This document shows positions 49,518 to 59,651 of a stretch of 64,000 bases of DNA, one piece after another. Both the position numbers and the translations under genes were made by a program. Numbering within the stretch: position 1 is the stretch's first letter; the number at the start of each line of letters is the position of its first letter. The notes under the pieces are model-generated. The model was not told the origin of the DNA. It made no database searches and saw only the letters and a list, made by a program, of their open reading frames with translations. Origin of the DNA: Candidatus Hydrogenedentota bacterium (GTDB taxonomy: Bacteria > Hydrogenedentota > Hydrogenedentia > Hydrogenedentales > SLHB01); NCBI GenBank assembly GCA_963674865.2, contig CAXXYE010000008.1:288001-352000 (forward strand). Reading direction: 5' to 3'.

Positions 49518-50885
49518 ATGAACCTGTCTCCCGTTAAGGCGAATTGCACTCGTCTCATTCTGTTACTTGCCCTTCTCGCCCTGCCCTCGGTTGCCGATAT
49601 GGATATGGTGGCGGACATCAATCCAGGGCCTGCCAACGCCTATCCGATGTTTCTGGCGCCGTTGGGACGCGCCGTGTGCTGCGCCGCCCACGACGACACG
49701 CACGGGACGGAACTCTGGCGCGCATGCAGCGCGGGCGCTGTGATCCTCAAGGACATTTGCCCCGGCCCGGAAGGCTCCGATCCATGGCTAATCACCCCGG
49801 ACGCGACGGGCGATACGCTCTATTTTCGCGCCAACGACGGCCGACACGGCATCGAACTCTGGCGCACGGACGGCACGCCGGACGGCACCATGCTGGTGAA
49901 GGACATCCGCCGCGGCAAGAAAGGCTCGGGGCCGCTGGGCCTGACCACCGTCGGGAATGCCGTGTTCTTCTGCGCTGATGACGGGAAATGCGGTGCGGAA
50001 CTCTGGCGTAGCGACGGTACGCGGAAAGGAACCGTCCTCGTCAAGGACATCGCCGATGGCCCCGGCGGCTCGTTCCCGCACGACTTCAAGTGCATGGGCG
50101 GTATGCTCTTCTTCTGCGTCGATGACGGTGAACATGGGACGGAACTCTGGCGCAGCGATGGGACCTCCGAAGGGACTGCCCTTGTCTGTGACATCTGTCC
50201 CGGCGCGGGCGGCTCGACGCCCCAGCAGCTTGCCGTATTCAACGGCGCGTTATACCTCCGCGCCAACGACGGCGTCCACGGCAGCGAGTTATGGACGACT
50301 GACGGCACGCCCGAAGGCACGCGCCTTGTCAAGGATATCCGGCCCGGCTCCGACGCTTCCGGCCCAGGCTACCTCACTGCCTGTAACGGGCGGCTTTTCT
50401 TCCGCGCCAACGACGGCGTCCACGAGAGCGAGCTTTGGGCCTCCGACGGCACGCCCGAGGGCACGTGTCTGATCAAGGACATCAAGGCCGGCCCGGCCGG
50501 CTCCTATCCCGGCCACATGGCCGCGGGGGACGACAGGGTCTTCTTTATCGCCAATGACGACGTGTACGGCACGGAGTTGTGGTCGAGTGACGGCACCACC
50601 GAAGGAACGGTGAGGCTCGGGGATATCCGCCCCGGCATATGGAGCGCCGAGCCCCGCGAACTCACCTTGGTGGGCAAGCACCTCTATTGCAGCGCCTATA
50701 CCAACGAAACCGGGAGAGAGCTCTGGGCCTGCGATATTGCGGCGGGCGGCTCTCCGGTGCTTCTGGATGTCCGCCCCGGCGTGGACGGCGCGGATGCGCA
50801 GGCCCTGACAGTGGCCGGCGATCGACTCTTCTTTCATGCCTCAGACGGCGTCAACGGGAACGAGCTCTGGTGCGTGTCGCCGTAG
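49518..50885 (+). CDS. Secreted ELWxxDGT-repeat beta-propeller protein
   Basis: Multiple HG.ELW.(T/S)DGT..GT.LVKDI repeats after a signal peptide. Confidence 0.9.
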   Translation: MNLSPVKANCTRLILLLALLALPSVADMDMVADINPGPANAYPMFLAPLGRAVCCAAHDDTHGTELWRACSAGAVILKDICPGPEGSDPWLITPDATGDTLYFRANDGRHGIELWRTDGTPDGTMLVKDIRRGKKGSGPLGLTTVGNAVFFCADDGKCGAELWRSDGTRKGTVLVKDIADGPGGSFPHDFKCMGGMLFFCVDDGEHGTELWRSDGTSEGTALVCDICPGAGGSTPQQLAVFNGALYLRANDGVHGSELWTTDGTPEGTRLVKDIRPGSDASGPGYLTACNGRLFFRANDGVHESELWASDGTPEGTCLIKDIKAGPAGSYPGHMAAGDDRVFFIANDDVYGTELWSSDGTTEGTVRLGDIRPGIWSAEPRELTLVGKHLYCSAYTNETGRELWACDIAAGGSPVLLDVRPGVDGADAQALTVAGDRLFFHASDGVNGNELWCVSP

Positions 50886-51144
50886 TCGGTTGAGTGACCC
50901 GTCTACGGCGCGGGATGCTATGCCTCCACTGACGGGACTGCGTTCTGGGACAGCGCTTCGACCCCCGGGCTGTCGCCCGCTACGCTGACTTTGTGTTGGA
51001 GATACCTTGTTGGCGCTCGGGGGGCACTCGCACTACTCATGGCGATGTGCACGGGAGGGTCGCGCTCCTGCGCGACTTGGTGTGCGCGAAAGTGCCCCAT
51101 CCTGAAGATGGCGCTGCCGGCCGTGAGAGGCTTCGCCTTCGGCC

Positions 51145-52107
51145 CTATGGCAATCGGAAGATGCGGGCGGCATTGGCCCAATACAGCTTCTCGAGCACCG
51201 GCGGGGGAAGGGCCAGCGTCTCCTCGAAGTAGCTGAAATGCCCGAGATAGGACTTGCGCGCGCGATCCACACGCTCCCGGCGCCCGGCGGGATCAGATGG
51301 GAAGGTGCGTTCGTCCACTTCCCAATCGACGCCGTAGAGGACGCGATCGGCGCAGCGGATGAGGAAATCCCGAACTTGCTCATTCGGATGCCCTTGGAGG
51401 TCCCCGACGCGGCCGGCTGTATCCACACAGGCGTTGGGGAAGCGCTCCAAGAATCGCGCGATCTCGCTGAGATCGTGGGCCAGGCTGGCGAGATGGCACG
51501 CAATGAAAGTCATTTCGGGATAGCGTTGGACGAGATTGTCCCGGTGCGCCATGAGTTCCTCGTGGGACGGGACGTCGTCCCGGCCATACATGAGTTCCTC
51601 GGGATGGTCTTTGTAGTAGCCGTAATGTGGTGACGCCGGATCGAGTGGCCGCCACGCGCTTTTCGGATCGCCTTGGTGCATGAGCAGGGGAAGCCCTTGC
51701 GCGGCCACGAAGTCGAAGACGGGGGCGAAGCGCGAGTCGTCGCAGAAGACGCACTTTCCCTCTTCATCCCTGAGCATGGTGCCCAGGTCCTTCCAAATCT
51801 TCACGGCGACGGCGCCGTGCTCCTGGATGTCGCGCCGCAGTTTGGCGATGGCGTCTTCGGCAAATCCCGGCGCGTTGAACGGCCGGATGCTGAACGACGC
51901 GCAATACAGAAAGCGCCCGGGATAGTCGCCTGTATCTTCACGAAGCCGCTTCTCGTAGGCGAGCACGCCGCCCGGCTCCAAGAATCCCCCGTAGGAGATG
52001 TTGAGCACGGCGGCGATATCGAGCGAATCGAGGACTTCGACGTAGGTGTCCTTCGGCCCTTCGACATGGGCATGGACGTCGAACTTCTTGTAGGTGATCT
52101 CAGGCAT
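51145..52107 (-). CDS. Amidohydrolase family protein (Amidohydro_2-like)
   Basis: DVHAH, AVKIWK, LLMH, IACH, VDT, VLYGVD, LYWANAARI. Confidence 0.85.
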   Translation of the reverse strand: MPEITYKKFDVHAHVEGPKDTYVEVLDSLDIAAVLNISYGGFLEPGGVLAYEKRLREDTGDYPGRFLYCASFSIRPFNAPGFAEDAIAKLRRDIQEHGAVAVKIWKDLGTMLRDEEGKCVFCDDSRFAPVFDFVAAQGLPLLMHQGDPKSAWRPLDPASPHYGYYKDHPEELMYGRDDVPSHEELMAHRDNLVQRYPEMTFIACHLASLAHDLSEIARFLERFPNACVDTAGRVGDLQGHPNEQVRDFLIRCADRVLYGVDWEVDERTFPSDPAGRRERVDRARKSYLGHFSYFEETLALPPPVLEKLYWANAARIFRLP

Positions 52108-52118
52108 GGCGAGGCCTG

Positions 52119-53819
52119 CTAACGCTTCTGTTCCGTCGGCTTGGCGTCGATCTTGGCTTTCGCGCCCGTCCCGGGCCCGGGCGCCGGCGGGATCTCCTTG
52201 GGGACGCCGAGTTTGCGCTGGTAGAGCATGAGCGGATTGCCGCGCGGCGTCATGTCCACCACATCGCACCCCTTCCAGGTGACGGTGAAATCGATGCCGC
52301 GGACGTTTTCGCAGCGAACCGTCTCGTGCAAGGGATGGCTGAGGAGAATTTCATCCCCTTGGGCGGCGCCGTCGATCTTGAGGCATGCGCCGTCCCAGAG
52401 GAGTGGGCGATCTTCCCCGTTGATGGTGAGCGTGAGGTGCGCGCCCATGAAGGGAAAAGTCCGCAGCCGGTAGTCGCCCGGCTCGTTTGCGACAACCTTG
52501 AGCCGGCCTTCATTGGGATAGCCTATCTCGACGGAGGCCTGAGCCGTCTTCCTCTCCATGGGAAAGTTGACGTAGATCTTGTCATCGCGCGTCTCGATGA
52601 TCCGCTCCCACACCATATGCAGCGCCTGGGGAGCCGTGCCGACGCAGCATCCGGCGATGGCGCGAAACCGGGCGAGGGAAACGGAATTCGGCTCGCCCCC
52701 GCCCGACCACCCGCCGACCACGCGTTTATTGAGGTCTTTGTACGTGATTCCCGGCTCATCTATCTCGTGATCGTTGTCGACGCCTACAAAGCCGGTATCC
52801 TTAATCTGTTGTTCGTAGAGCTGGTTGCGCATGTACCGGTTGATGAGATCATAGGGGCGTTCGTCACCCGTGTCTATCAGCTCGAAGCCGCACTGGATCA
52901 TGTCCTTGATGCAGCACGTCTCGCAATGCTCTTCCGTCATGGGATGCCACTGCGCGTACTCGGGCACCCACCCGAATTCCGAGGAAAGCGACTCGACATA
53001 GTCATAGATCATTTTGCCGAAGCGTATGTAGCGCTCCGTGTCCGTGAGCCGCCCGAGGAGGATGAGTCCCGCGGCCGCCCATACGGCCGAGTGAACGTGG
53101 CCAAAGAACTCGCCCCTGTAATTGAAGTAGCGCGAGATTCCTAGGAGGTGGTTGGCGATGCCCGTAGCCAAGTCCAGACTCACCTCATCCCCCGTGAGTT
53201 GCCAGTGCTTTACCAAGGCGCGCAGCATCATCCCGTTGCGGATGGACTCCTCGCCGCGGCCCGTCACCCGCGTATAGTCAAAGCCCTTATCCTTGATATA
53301 CACGTCATTTGGGAACTCGTAGATGTGGCTATCAAAGGCGAAGTCGCCGCTCCAGAACGTGCGCGTCTTGCGCTCATGAACCAGCCCGCGAAGGGCATGG
53401 ATGAGGTTGCCGGCGAGCTTCTCCGCCTCGGGGTCCTCTTCCCGCTCGATGATGAAGTTCAGGGCCGCCAATAGGTATGCGTCCTCGTGGAATGAATGAT
53501 GGATGGTGTGCGTCCAGGGATACGGCTCATGGTAGCGCAGGCCGTCTTCGCCCCAGTGTCTGTATAGATGCCGTTTGAATCCTGCCTGGACCTCCGCGCC
53601 CTCGTCCGTTCCTAAGATCTCCCGTACGGAGGCGATGGCGTTGTACCAGCTTGCCACGAGTTCCGCGTCGTCCACGCGGCAATGCTTCGCCCACGAGGGA
53701 TACGCGGTGATCTGCACGAGCCAGTAGGGGAGGTAATCGCGCTCGGCATCCACCATCTTGGTGAGATAATTGAGGGCGAGGCGGGCGGACAGATCGAGGT
53801 CAAATTTCTCATACTGCAT
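52119..53819 (-). CDS. GH127-like (beta-L-arabinofuranosidase-type) glycoside hydrolase
   Basis: GHVHS, CETCC, GCCVG Cys motifs; C-terminal YPNEG beta domain. Confidence 0.65.
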   Translation of the reverse strand: MQYEKFDLDLSARLALNYLTKMVDAERDYLPYWLVQITAYPSWAKHCRVDDAELVASWYNAIASVREILGTDEGAEVQAGFKRHLYRHWGEDGLRYHEPYPWTHTIHHSFHEDAYLLAALNFIIEREEDPEAEKLAGNLIHALRGLVHERKTRTFWSGDFAFDSHIYEFPNDVYIKDKGFDYTRVTGRGEESIRNGMMLRALVKHWQLTGDEVSLDLATGIANHLLGISRYFNYRGEFFGHVHSAVWAAAGLILLGRLTDTERYIRFGKMIYDYVESLSSEFGWVPEYAQWHPMTEEHCETCCIKDMIQCGFELIDTGDERPYDLINRYMRNQLYEQQIKDTGFVGVDNDHEIDEPGITYKDLNKRVVGGWSGGGEPNSVSLARFRAIAGCCVGTAPQALHMVWERIIETRDDKIYVNFPMERKTAQASVEIGYPNEGRLKVVANEPGDYRLRTFPFMGAHLTLTINGEDRPLLWDGACLKIDGAAQGDEILLSHPLHETVRCENVRGIDFTVTWKGCDVVDMTPRGNPLMLYQRKLGVPKEIPPAPGPGTGAKAKIDAKPTEQKR

Positions 53820-53964
53820 TCGGGAGACTCCTTCTTGTGTGGGATCGACGCTGCGCGCGCCGGCCCGCACGTTATACGGTGCCAATGCGGGCCAGTCAAC
53901 ATCGCTTCGAGCGCCGGATGCGCCAAGAATAGTGGGTGTGCCTCGAACCGGCCAGGCCTGTGGT

Positions 53965-55989
53965 TCAAGACACTGTGGAGATTCGACCTCGCGGCAAAGC
54001 GTCTTCGATCCACCCCAGCAATTGGCGGGCACGGGCGGAGCCGGTGTGGAATTCCATCAGGTGCTCGCGGCCCCGGGTCGCGATGGCGGCCGCCTCGTCG
54101 GGATGGGCGAGGTAGTGTTCGAGCTTCGCCTCGAGATCGGCCAGGTCGTCAAAGAACACAGCGGATTCGCCGTCGCGGAAGTTGTGGGGGATTCGGATGG
54201 GGGGCCGTTCGGAGAGGAGCATGCAGCCGTGGGCGGGGAGTTCCCAGTAGCGGACGGTGTCGAAGCCGAAGCCGAAGGCATTCAGGCCGATCCGCGTTCT
54301 GCTGAGGGCGTCGACGTACTCCTGCTGCGTGTATTGCGCGTCGAACTTCCGGTTGAGCATCTGCTCGATGCGCTCGACATAGAGCCGGCGAAGCCCGGCG
54401 CTCCGGTGGCCCGCCCAGAAGAATGGCTCCGGCCTGTTCACGCTCGCCGCTGCCGGTACGCGGCCATCCGGGTAGCCGAACGGCAGGGGGAACACAGCGG
54501 GGCCGTAATCCACGCAGGTAAGCATCTCGCGCTTGAAGTATCCCGTGGCCGCCGACGCGCCGATGTGTCGGAGAACGGCCGGCCGATAGTCATTGGGCTC
54601 ATCTTGTGCGTCCACGATGAACAGAGGGATATCCCCGGCCGCCTCGATGAGCCGGCGTGCATCCGCCTCAGGCACGGCCAACTCGACGTCCCCGAAGAGG
54701 ATCAGATCGAACGCGCCCGCACAGAGGCGCTTGGCAACGCCGTCGAGGTCCAGGCGCGTTCCCGGATGGCCGAACATGCACGGATAATCTCTCTGATCCG
54801 TCGGCGGCTCGCCGTGAAGCGTCGCTTTCCACGGGAAATCAATGACATTTTCCGCGCCAAGTACGCCGCACAGGCCGTCAAACAGCACGTCGAGGCCATA
54901 ATGGGGGCGGGGATTGGTGATGAAAAGCACGCGCGGGGGCCGGCCTTCGGGCGTCCAGGCGGGCGGAGTCGCTTCAGGGCCCTTTTCGGCGGGCGGTGCA
55001 GCCTGAAGGTACCGCTCGAGCTGACGCTCTGTCGACTCGTTCGGGGAGATGTGCTGGCTCGTCCGGAGGACACGGGAAGCCATGGCCGTGTCGCCGATCC
55101 GATGCCAGAACTCCGCCTGACATTGGTAGGAAAGACAGAGGTCCGGAGCCAGGGTCGAGGCCCTATGGAAGAGGCGAAGCCCCTGATAGAATCGCTCGAT
55201 CCGCGCTGAATCCGCCGCCTTCTTGTCCCATGCCAGCAGGCATAGCTGCATTTCCGAGGCCACGACGGCGGCCACTTGCGGATCTGCTACATAGGCCTGA
55301 GGAATCGCAGACAGCACCTCGTATCCCCACTCGGGATGACCGTCGTCGAAGAGTTCCCGCGCGTGACTGACGGGATTGTATTCCAGCCGCACCGCGAGAT
55401 AGGCGCAGGCGGACGTGGTGAGGTCCTCGAGTTCCTCGGGGGTGTCCACGTGAATGCTCTGGCCGTCAAGAAGCAGGTTCCCGTCTGCATCCGGCCGTAG
55501 TTCCCCTGCAGCCGGGTCCTTGAAAGGCCAACGCGCGTACACAAGCAGGTTGGCTTCGGTGGCGGCCGACTGTACCTCTTGCAGGCCCATAGGCGGCGGG
55601 CCGCTTTCCCGGGCGCGCCGGCATAATGGATTCCCTGCGATGAGAACCACGCAGCCCCTGCGCGCGAGAAAGGCCGCAAGACGGCGCAAGACATCTTCGA
55701 TGCCGCAGATCCCCCCCGCCGTTGTGTCGAGTATGATGCAGTCGAAGCCGCCTTCGTCAAAAGGCAATTGCAGGAAGCGGGGATCCCCCGCCAGAAACGA
55801 GTCCAGGCATGAAACCGCCTTCTCTGAGACGGAGGCGTTGCCCCCAATCCCGTGGATCTCTTCGGCCCCGCGACGTCTCAGCAACGGCTCGAGGAGTCCC
55901 GCTTCATGGCCCACGACGAGGACGCGTCGGATGAACTGAGGCAGGCGCTGGACCACCTCCACGAAGTGCGACGTAGTCTTCAGACTCAT
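53965..55989 (-). CDS. Glycosyltransferase (CgeB-like C-terminus) with degenerate methyltransferase and TPR-like regions
   Basis: FDCIILD; YFKRE; RIGLNAFGFGFDTVRYWELPAHGCMLLSE..F.DGE..IATRGRE..HT..ARA. Confidence 0.75.
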   Translation of the reverse strand: MSLKTTSHFVEVVQRLPQFIRRVLVVGHEAGLLEPLLRRRGAEEIHGIGGNASVSEKAVSCLDSFLAGDPRFLQLPFDEGGFDCIILDTTAGGICGIEDVLRRLAAFLARRGCVVLIAGNPLCRRARESGPPPMGLQEVQSAATEANLLVYARWPFKDPAAGELRPDADGNLLLDGQSIHVDTPEELEDLTTSACAYLAVRLEYNPVSHARELFDDGHPEWGYEVLSAIPQAYVADPQVAAVVASEMQLCLLAWDKKAADSARIERFYQGLRLFHRASTLAPDLCLSYQCQAEFWHRIGDTAMASRVLRTSQHISPNESTERQLERYLQAAPPAEKGPEATPPAWTPEGRPPRVLFITNPRPHYGLDVLFDGLCGVLGAENVIDFPWKATLHGEPPTDQRDYPCMFGHPGTRLDLDGVAKRLCAGAFDLILFGDVELAVPEADARRLIEAAGDIPLFIVDAQDEPNDYRPAVLRHIGASAATGYFKREMLTCVDYGPAVFPLPFGYPDGRVPAAASVNRPEPFFWAGHRSAGLRRLYVERIEQMLNRKFDAQYTQQEYVDALSRTRIGLNAFGFGFDTVRYWELPAHGCMLLSERPPIRIPHNFRDGESAVFFDDLADLEAKLEHYLAHPDEAAAIATRGREHLMEFHTGSARARQLLGWIEDALPRGRISTVS

Positions 55990-56232
55990 GTCAACAACCG
56001 GCCTTGCGGCATTTCTTCTCCCTCGCTGCCTGGCCCGCTTTCCTCACAGCCGCATAGCAAGACTGTGCGCATGTTATGTGGAACGGGCCCCTTACCTCAA
56101 GGGCCTGCTGTTGGAGAATCTCGCAGAGCGTACCGAAATCGACGCACCGAGATATGGGCGTGACAAAACATGTCCAAAGTATTATTATTGAGCATTGAAC
56201 TTGAGCAGTGGAGAAAGAGGAGGCTTCGAGAC

Positions 56233-56379
56233 ATGAAAAAGATGATTGCGGCGATTCTGGGCACGGCCATAGCGGCTGTGGCGATACTCGGTTGTTCCGC
56301 ACAGAATGGCGGCGGCGGTGGTGACGAGAACTACGAGGCCAACAAGCAAGCGGTAGAAGACGCCGAGTCTGGCGACTAA
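56233..56379 (+). CDS. Very small lipoprotein (48 aa)
   Basis: MKKMIAAILGTAIAAVAILGC lipobox; GAGGAGG RBS. Confidence 0.7.
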   Translation: MKKMIAAILGTAIAAVAILGCSAQNGGGGGDENYEANKQAVEDAESGD

Positions 56380-56564
56380 AGCGCCGCAGAAGACTTCTCA
56401 GGCACTTCCCGGATTCCTGTATCGGGAGTGTTCTGCTGACGAGCACTCCGGTGGATGCGGGTGCATGCGAAGTATCGCCCGTGCGCCGAGAGTTCAGCCA
56501 AGAGTAACTATGGGCCGTCGGGACTATTGCCCGGCGGCCCATCTGTTGTCCCCCGGGGCGCGTC

Positions 56565-57599
56565 CTACGGCATCCCGGCCCGCCAGCGGCGGAGGACTTC
56601 CCGCGCCACGGCGCCATGAAACTCGTGTGCGCCGTCGAATTCGTCGACGAAGAGGCGGTGTGGGACGCCCGCGGCCTGATAGGCGCTGCGGACGCGTCGC
56701 AGGCCGCGCTCGGCCCACTCGTGGGGAATGAGCGGATCGCGCAGGCCGATCTCGAGCACCATGGGGCGTGGGGCGATGAGTGAGAAGATCTCCGGCGTGT
56801 CGCCGTAGCGGAGCAATCCAGGGATCAACTGCGCCCCGCATTGGTGCAGCGCCTGGTAACGCTCCTGGAAGAGATTCATGCAGCCGGACGGCACGGCGAT
56901 CTTGACGCGCGCGTCGAGGGCCGTGAGCATCATCGTCATTCTCCCGCCCAGGGAGAGTCCGACACATCCCAGCCGTTCGGGGTCGACCCCGTCGAGCCCG
57001 GTTAGGACGTCCAGGCCGGCTTCGAGGTCGCACAGGTTGAGGGCGGCTACCGTCGTCCCGAGCAAGGTGGCGCACATGTAGTTGCGGTAGCAGTGATCTT
57101 CGGGGGCATCGGGATAGTGCAGGCCGCGCTCACCGAATCCACGCAGATCCGGCGCAAGGACTACGAAGCCGTCTTCAGCGAGGACGCGGCCGTAGTCGTA
57201 GTGTAATCGCGCGATTTCATCACGGCGCTCCGGCGAATCGTCCAGCCCGGCCACGCTGTCTTTCCCGAACCGCCCGTGCCCGTGGATGCATAGGATGCCG
57301 GGGCGGCGCTCGCCCGGCGGCACACCCTTAGGACGAAGCAGAAACGCGGACACCATAACGCCCGGCTCGCTCTGATACCGGACGCGGCGACGCGTGTAGG
57401 CGCCGCAGTCGACCTCATTCTCGAGTTCGAGCCGGAGGTCTCCCTGCTCCGGGCGCTCGCCAAGGAGGCCAATGAGCGTCTTGCGGAATTCCCGTTGCCA
57501 CGCCGCTAGTCCCTCGGACGTCGAGCCTTGGAACAGCATGGACGGTTGAGCCTCGTCCAGGCGCTGAGTCAGGTCGTCTTCAAAGGCCCGTGGGCGCAA
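56565..57599 (-). CDS. Alpha/beta hydrolase (dienelactone hydrolase/acetyl esterase-like)
   Basis: HGHG, APDLRGFGER, GLSLGG nucleophile elbow, IAPRP, D..H. TTG start inferred from the GAGGAG RBS. Confidence 0.85.
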   Translation of the reverse strand: MRPRAFEDDLTQRLDEAQPSMLFQGSTSEGLAAWQREFRKTLIGLLGERPEQGDLRLELENEVDCGAYTRRRVRYQSEPGVMVSAFLLRPKGVPPGERRPGILCIHGHGRFGKDSVAGLDDSPERRDEIARLHYDYGRVLAEDGFVVLAPDLRGFGERGLHYPDAPEDHCYRNYMCATLLGTTVAALNLCDLEAGLDVLTGLDGVDPERLGCVGLSLGGRMTMMLTALDARVKIAVPSGCMNLFQERYQALHQCGAQLIPGLLRYGDTPEIFSLIAPRPMVLEIGLRDPLIPHEWAERGLRRVRSAYQAAGVPHRLFVDEFDGAHEFHGAVAREVLRRWRAGMP

Positions 57600-57609
57600 C
57601 GGAATCTCC

Positions 57610-59196
57610 TCACTTACGCCCGCGCCGCGCCGCCCGGGCATACTCGATCATCTGGCTCCAGTCGCCGCCGACCTCCTTCCACCACCAAGAACGCTGCTCT
57701 TCGGGCAGGGCCGCGGGGGGGACGCGCGAGTCCCACGGCATCCGCGAATAGGGCCTGGGATTTTGGTCGAGACGGGGCCGCTCCGTCTGGTAGGGGACGG
57801 CTCGCAGGCCGCCGGAATCGTCCAGGGCCGGCTCCGGGCTGCTGTATTGACGGAGCCACGCGATGGCCGCGTCGCGGAGTTCGCGTTTGCGTGTCTGGTA
57901 GCCGGCGTCATCGGCGAGGTCGTGCAACTCGTGCGGGTCGTTTTGCAGGTCGTACAGCTCCTCGAATCCGCCTTCCTGGTAGTACATGTACTTCCAGTCC
58001 TTGTGGCGGACGTGCAGGAGGTAGTGTGGGGATGTCAGGCACTCCGAAAAGCTCAGTTCACGATGCGTTTCTCCGTCCAGGAATCCGAGGAGATCCTCGC
58101 CGTAGCGTTCGTTTCCTGCCTCAGCGCGGGCGGCCGTCGCCAATGTCGGGAAGATGTCGAGCAGGGAGACGACGTCATCCACGCGAGCGCCGGGTCGAAT
58201 GCGCCCCGGCCACCACGCCAGCATGGGGACGTGCAGGCTGCCCTCGTATCCGATCAACTTATGCCATTGGCCGTGATCGCCAAGCATCTCGCCGTGATCC
58301 GAGGTGAAGACAACGAGCGTGTTGTCGGCGAGGCCTTCCTCGTGAAGCGTCGCGAATAACCGCCCGATCTGCTCATCGATGAACGTGATGTTGGCATAGT
58401 AGAAGGCTTTCGCCCGACGCGCGGCCTCCTCTGAGTAGAGGTCGAACTCCTGCCGGCGGCGGTTGTGCGCGTAATAGGGGTTTTTCTCGGTTCCGTCGTC
58501 GGGCGAGAGCCACGGTGCGGGCATATCGGCCGGGTCGTATAGATCGAGCAAGTGGGAGGGACAGTCGAAGGACGGATGAGGCTTCACGAAGGACGTCCAG
58601 ACGAAGAACGGCTTGTCCTTGGGCCGATCCTCCTTCAGCCAGGCGACGGTGCGGTCGCCGCACCATTGCGTGACGTGGAACTCCTTGGGCAGGCCGTTGA
58701 TGACGGGCTTGATCTCGTTGTAGCCGATTTCCGGCGGCTTTTCCCATCCCCACATGCCGTTTTCGATGAGAAACTGATCATAATCGTCGAAAAAGGCCGC
58801 TTCGGCGTCCGGGGCGAAGCGGACCGGGCGCATCTCCTCCGATAGGATGAGGTGATCCATGCCGTAGGTCTCGCCCGTGGGCGTGAAGTGCATCTTGCCG
58901 ATGCCTTGCGTGTGGTAGCCGGCGTCGTTCAAGGTTGTGGCAAGGGTGTCGCGCCGATCCTCCGTGTCGCAGGAGTTGTTGAGGATCCCGAGCCGCCCGG
59001 CGGGATAGCCCGTGATGGTGCAGGCCCGCGCGGGCACGCACACCGGACACGGCGTCACGGCGTTCTCGAACACGGCCCCCTCGGCGGCCATCCGGTCGAG
59101 ATGCGGCGTCTGAATGACGCCATTCCCGTACGCGCCAAGCGTGTCCCACCGCTGCTGGTCCGTGAAAATGAGAATCAGGTTTGGCTTATTCTGCAT
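57610..59196 (-). CDS. Sulfatase (formylglycine-dependent)
   Basis: PNLILIFTDQQR, CVPAR (CxPxR), GKMH, KPH, TSDHG, ELYDL..DP.E. Confidence 0.93.
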   Translation of the reverse strand: MQNKPNLILIFTDQQRWDTLGAYGNGVIQTPHLDRMAAEGAVFENAVTPCPVCVPARACTITGYPAGRLGILNNSCDTEDRRDTLATTLNDAGYHTQGIGKMHFTPTGETYGMDHLILSEEMRPVRFAPDAEAAFFDDYDQFLIENGMWGWEKPPEIGYNEIKPVINGLPKEFHVTQWCGDRTVAWLKEDRPKDKPFFVWTSFVKPHPSFDCPSHLLDLYDPADMPAPWLSPDDGTEKNPYYAHNRRRQEFDLYSEEAARRAKAFYYANITFIDEQIGRLFATLHEEGLADNTLVVFTSDHGEMLGDHGQWHKLIGYEGSLHVPMLAWWPGRIRPGARVDDVVSLLDIFPTLATAARAEAGNERYGEDLLGFLDGETHRELSFSECLTSPHYLLHVRHKDWKYMYYQEGGFEELYDLQNDPHELHDLADDAGYQTRKRELRDAAIAWLRQYSSPEPALDDSGGLRAVPYQTERPRLDQNPRPYSRMPWDSRVPPAALPEEQRSWWWKEVGGDWSQMIEYARAARRGRK

Positions 59197-59403
59197 GTCG
59201 CCTCCGCACTGCTGTGGCCTAAATCGTAACGATTCGCGCACCTCATCCGTCCGGAGAACATACTACGCCCTGCTTCGGGATGTCGAGCAATGGCGGCCGA
59301 TTGGCACCGTGCCACGGCATTGGAGGCATGACTTCCAGCGTGATGGGGCCTCGTTGAAGGCACAGCTAGGCAGGTGCGGAGAATGGAGGATTGATGTGTA
59401 ACG

Positions 59404-59602
59404 GTTGAATCCCGGCTTCCGCGCCGTGTGTTCCCCTGTTTCCGGGATGGGGTTCCTGAGGCGGGGAACCCTCGCGTCTTTGCTAAGGCAGCCGGGTGTG
59501 TGGACCACTTGGGCAGGCGGTGACACGAAGCAGCAGGTGAGACGGACCGCCCAGGCAGACGTTTGCCGGAAACCCAGCGGACACGGAAGCCGGGATTCAA
59601 CA
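59404..59602 (+). ncRNA. Structured ~200-nt intergenic RNA candidate with an SRP-RNA-like apical domain
   Basis: Perfect 18-bp closing stem GTTGAATCCCGGCTTCCG/CGGAAGCCGGGATTCAAC, nested stems GTTTCCGG/CCGGAAAC, CGTCT/AGACG and GGGTG/CGCCC, apex GGACC..CAGG..AGCA..TGAG. Confidence 0.55.
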
Positions 59603-59651
59603 ACTCGCAACACATTCAACTCTTAAGGCGTAAGGGCATAAAGCCCTGGTG

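Noticed and set aside
53770..55209. 479-aa plus-strand ORF
   Set aside because: Antisense shadow of the glycosyltransferase in GC-rich DNA, with no recognisable motifs. The same applies to most other overlapping ORFs in the track.
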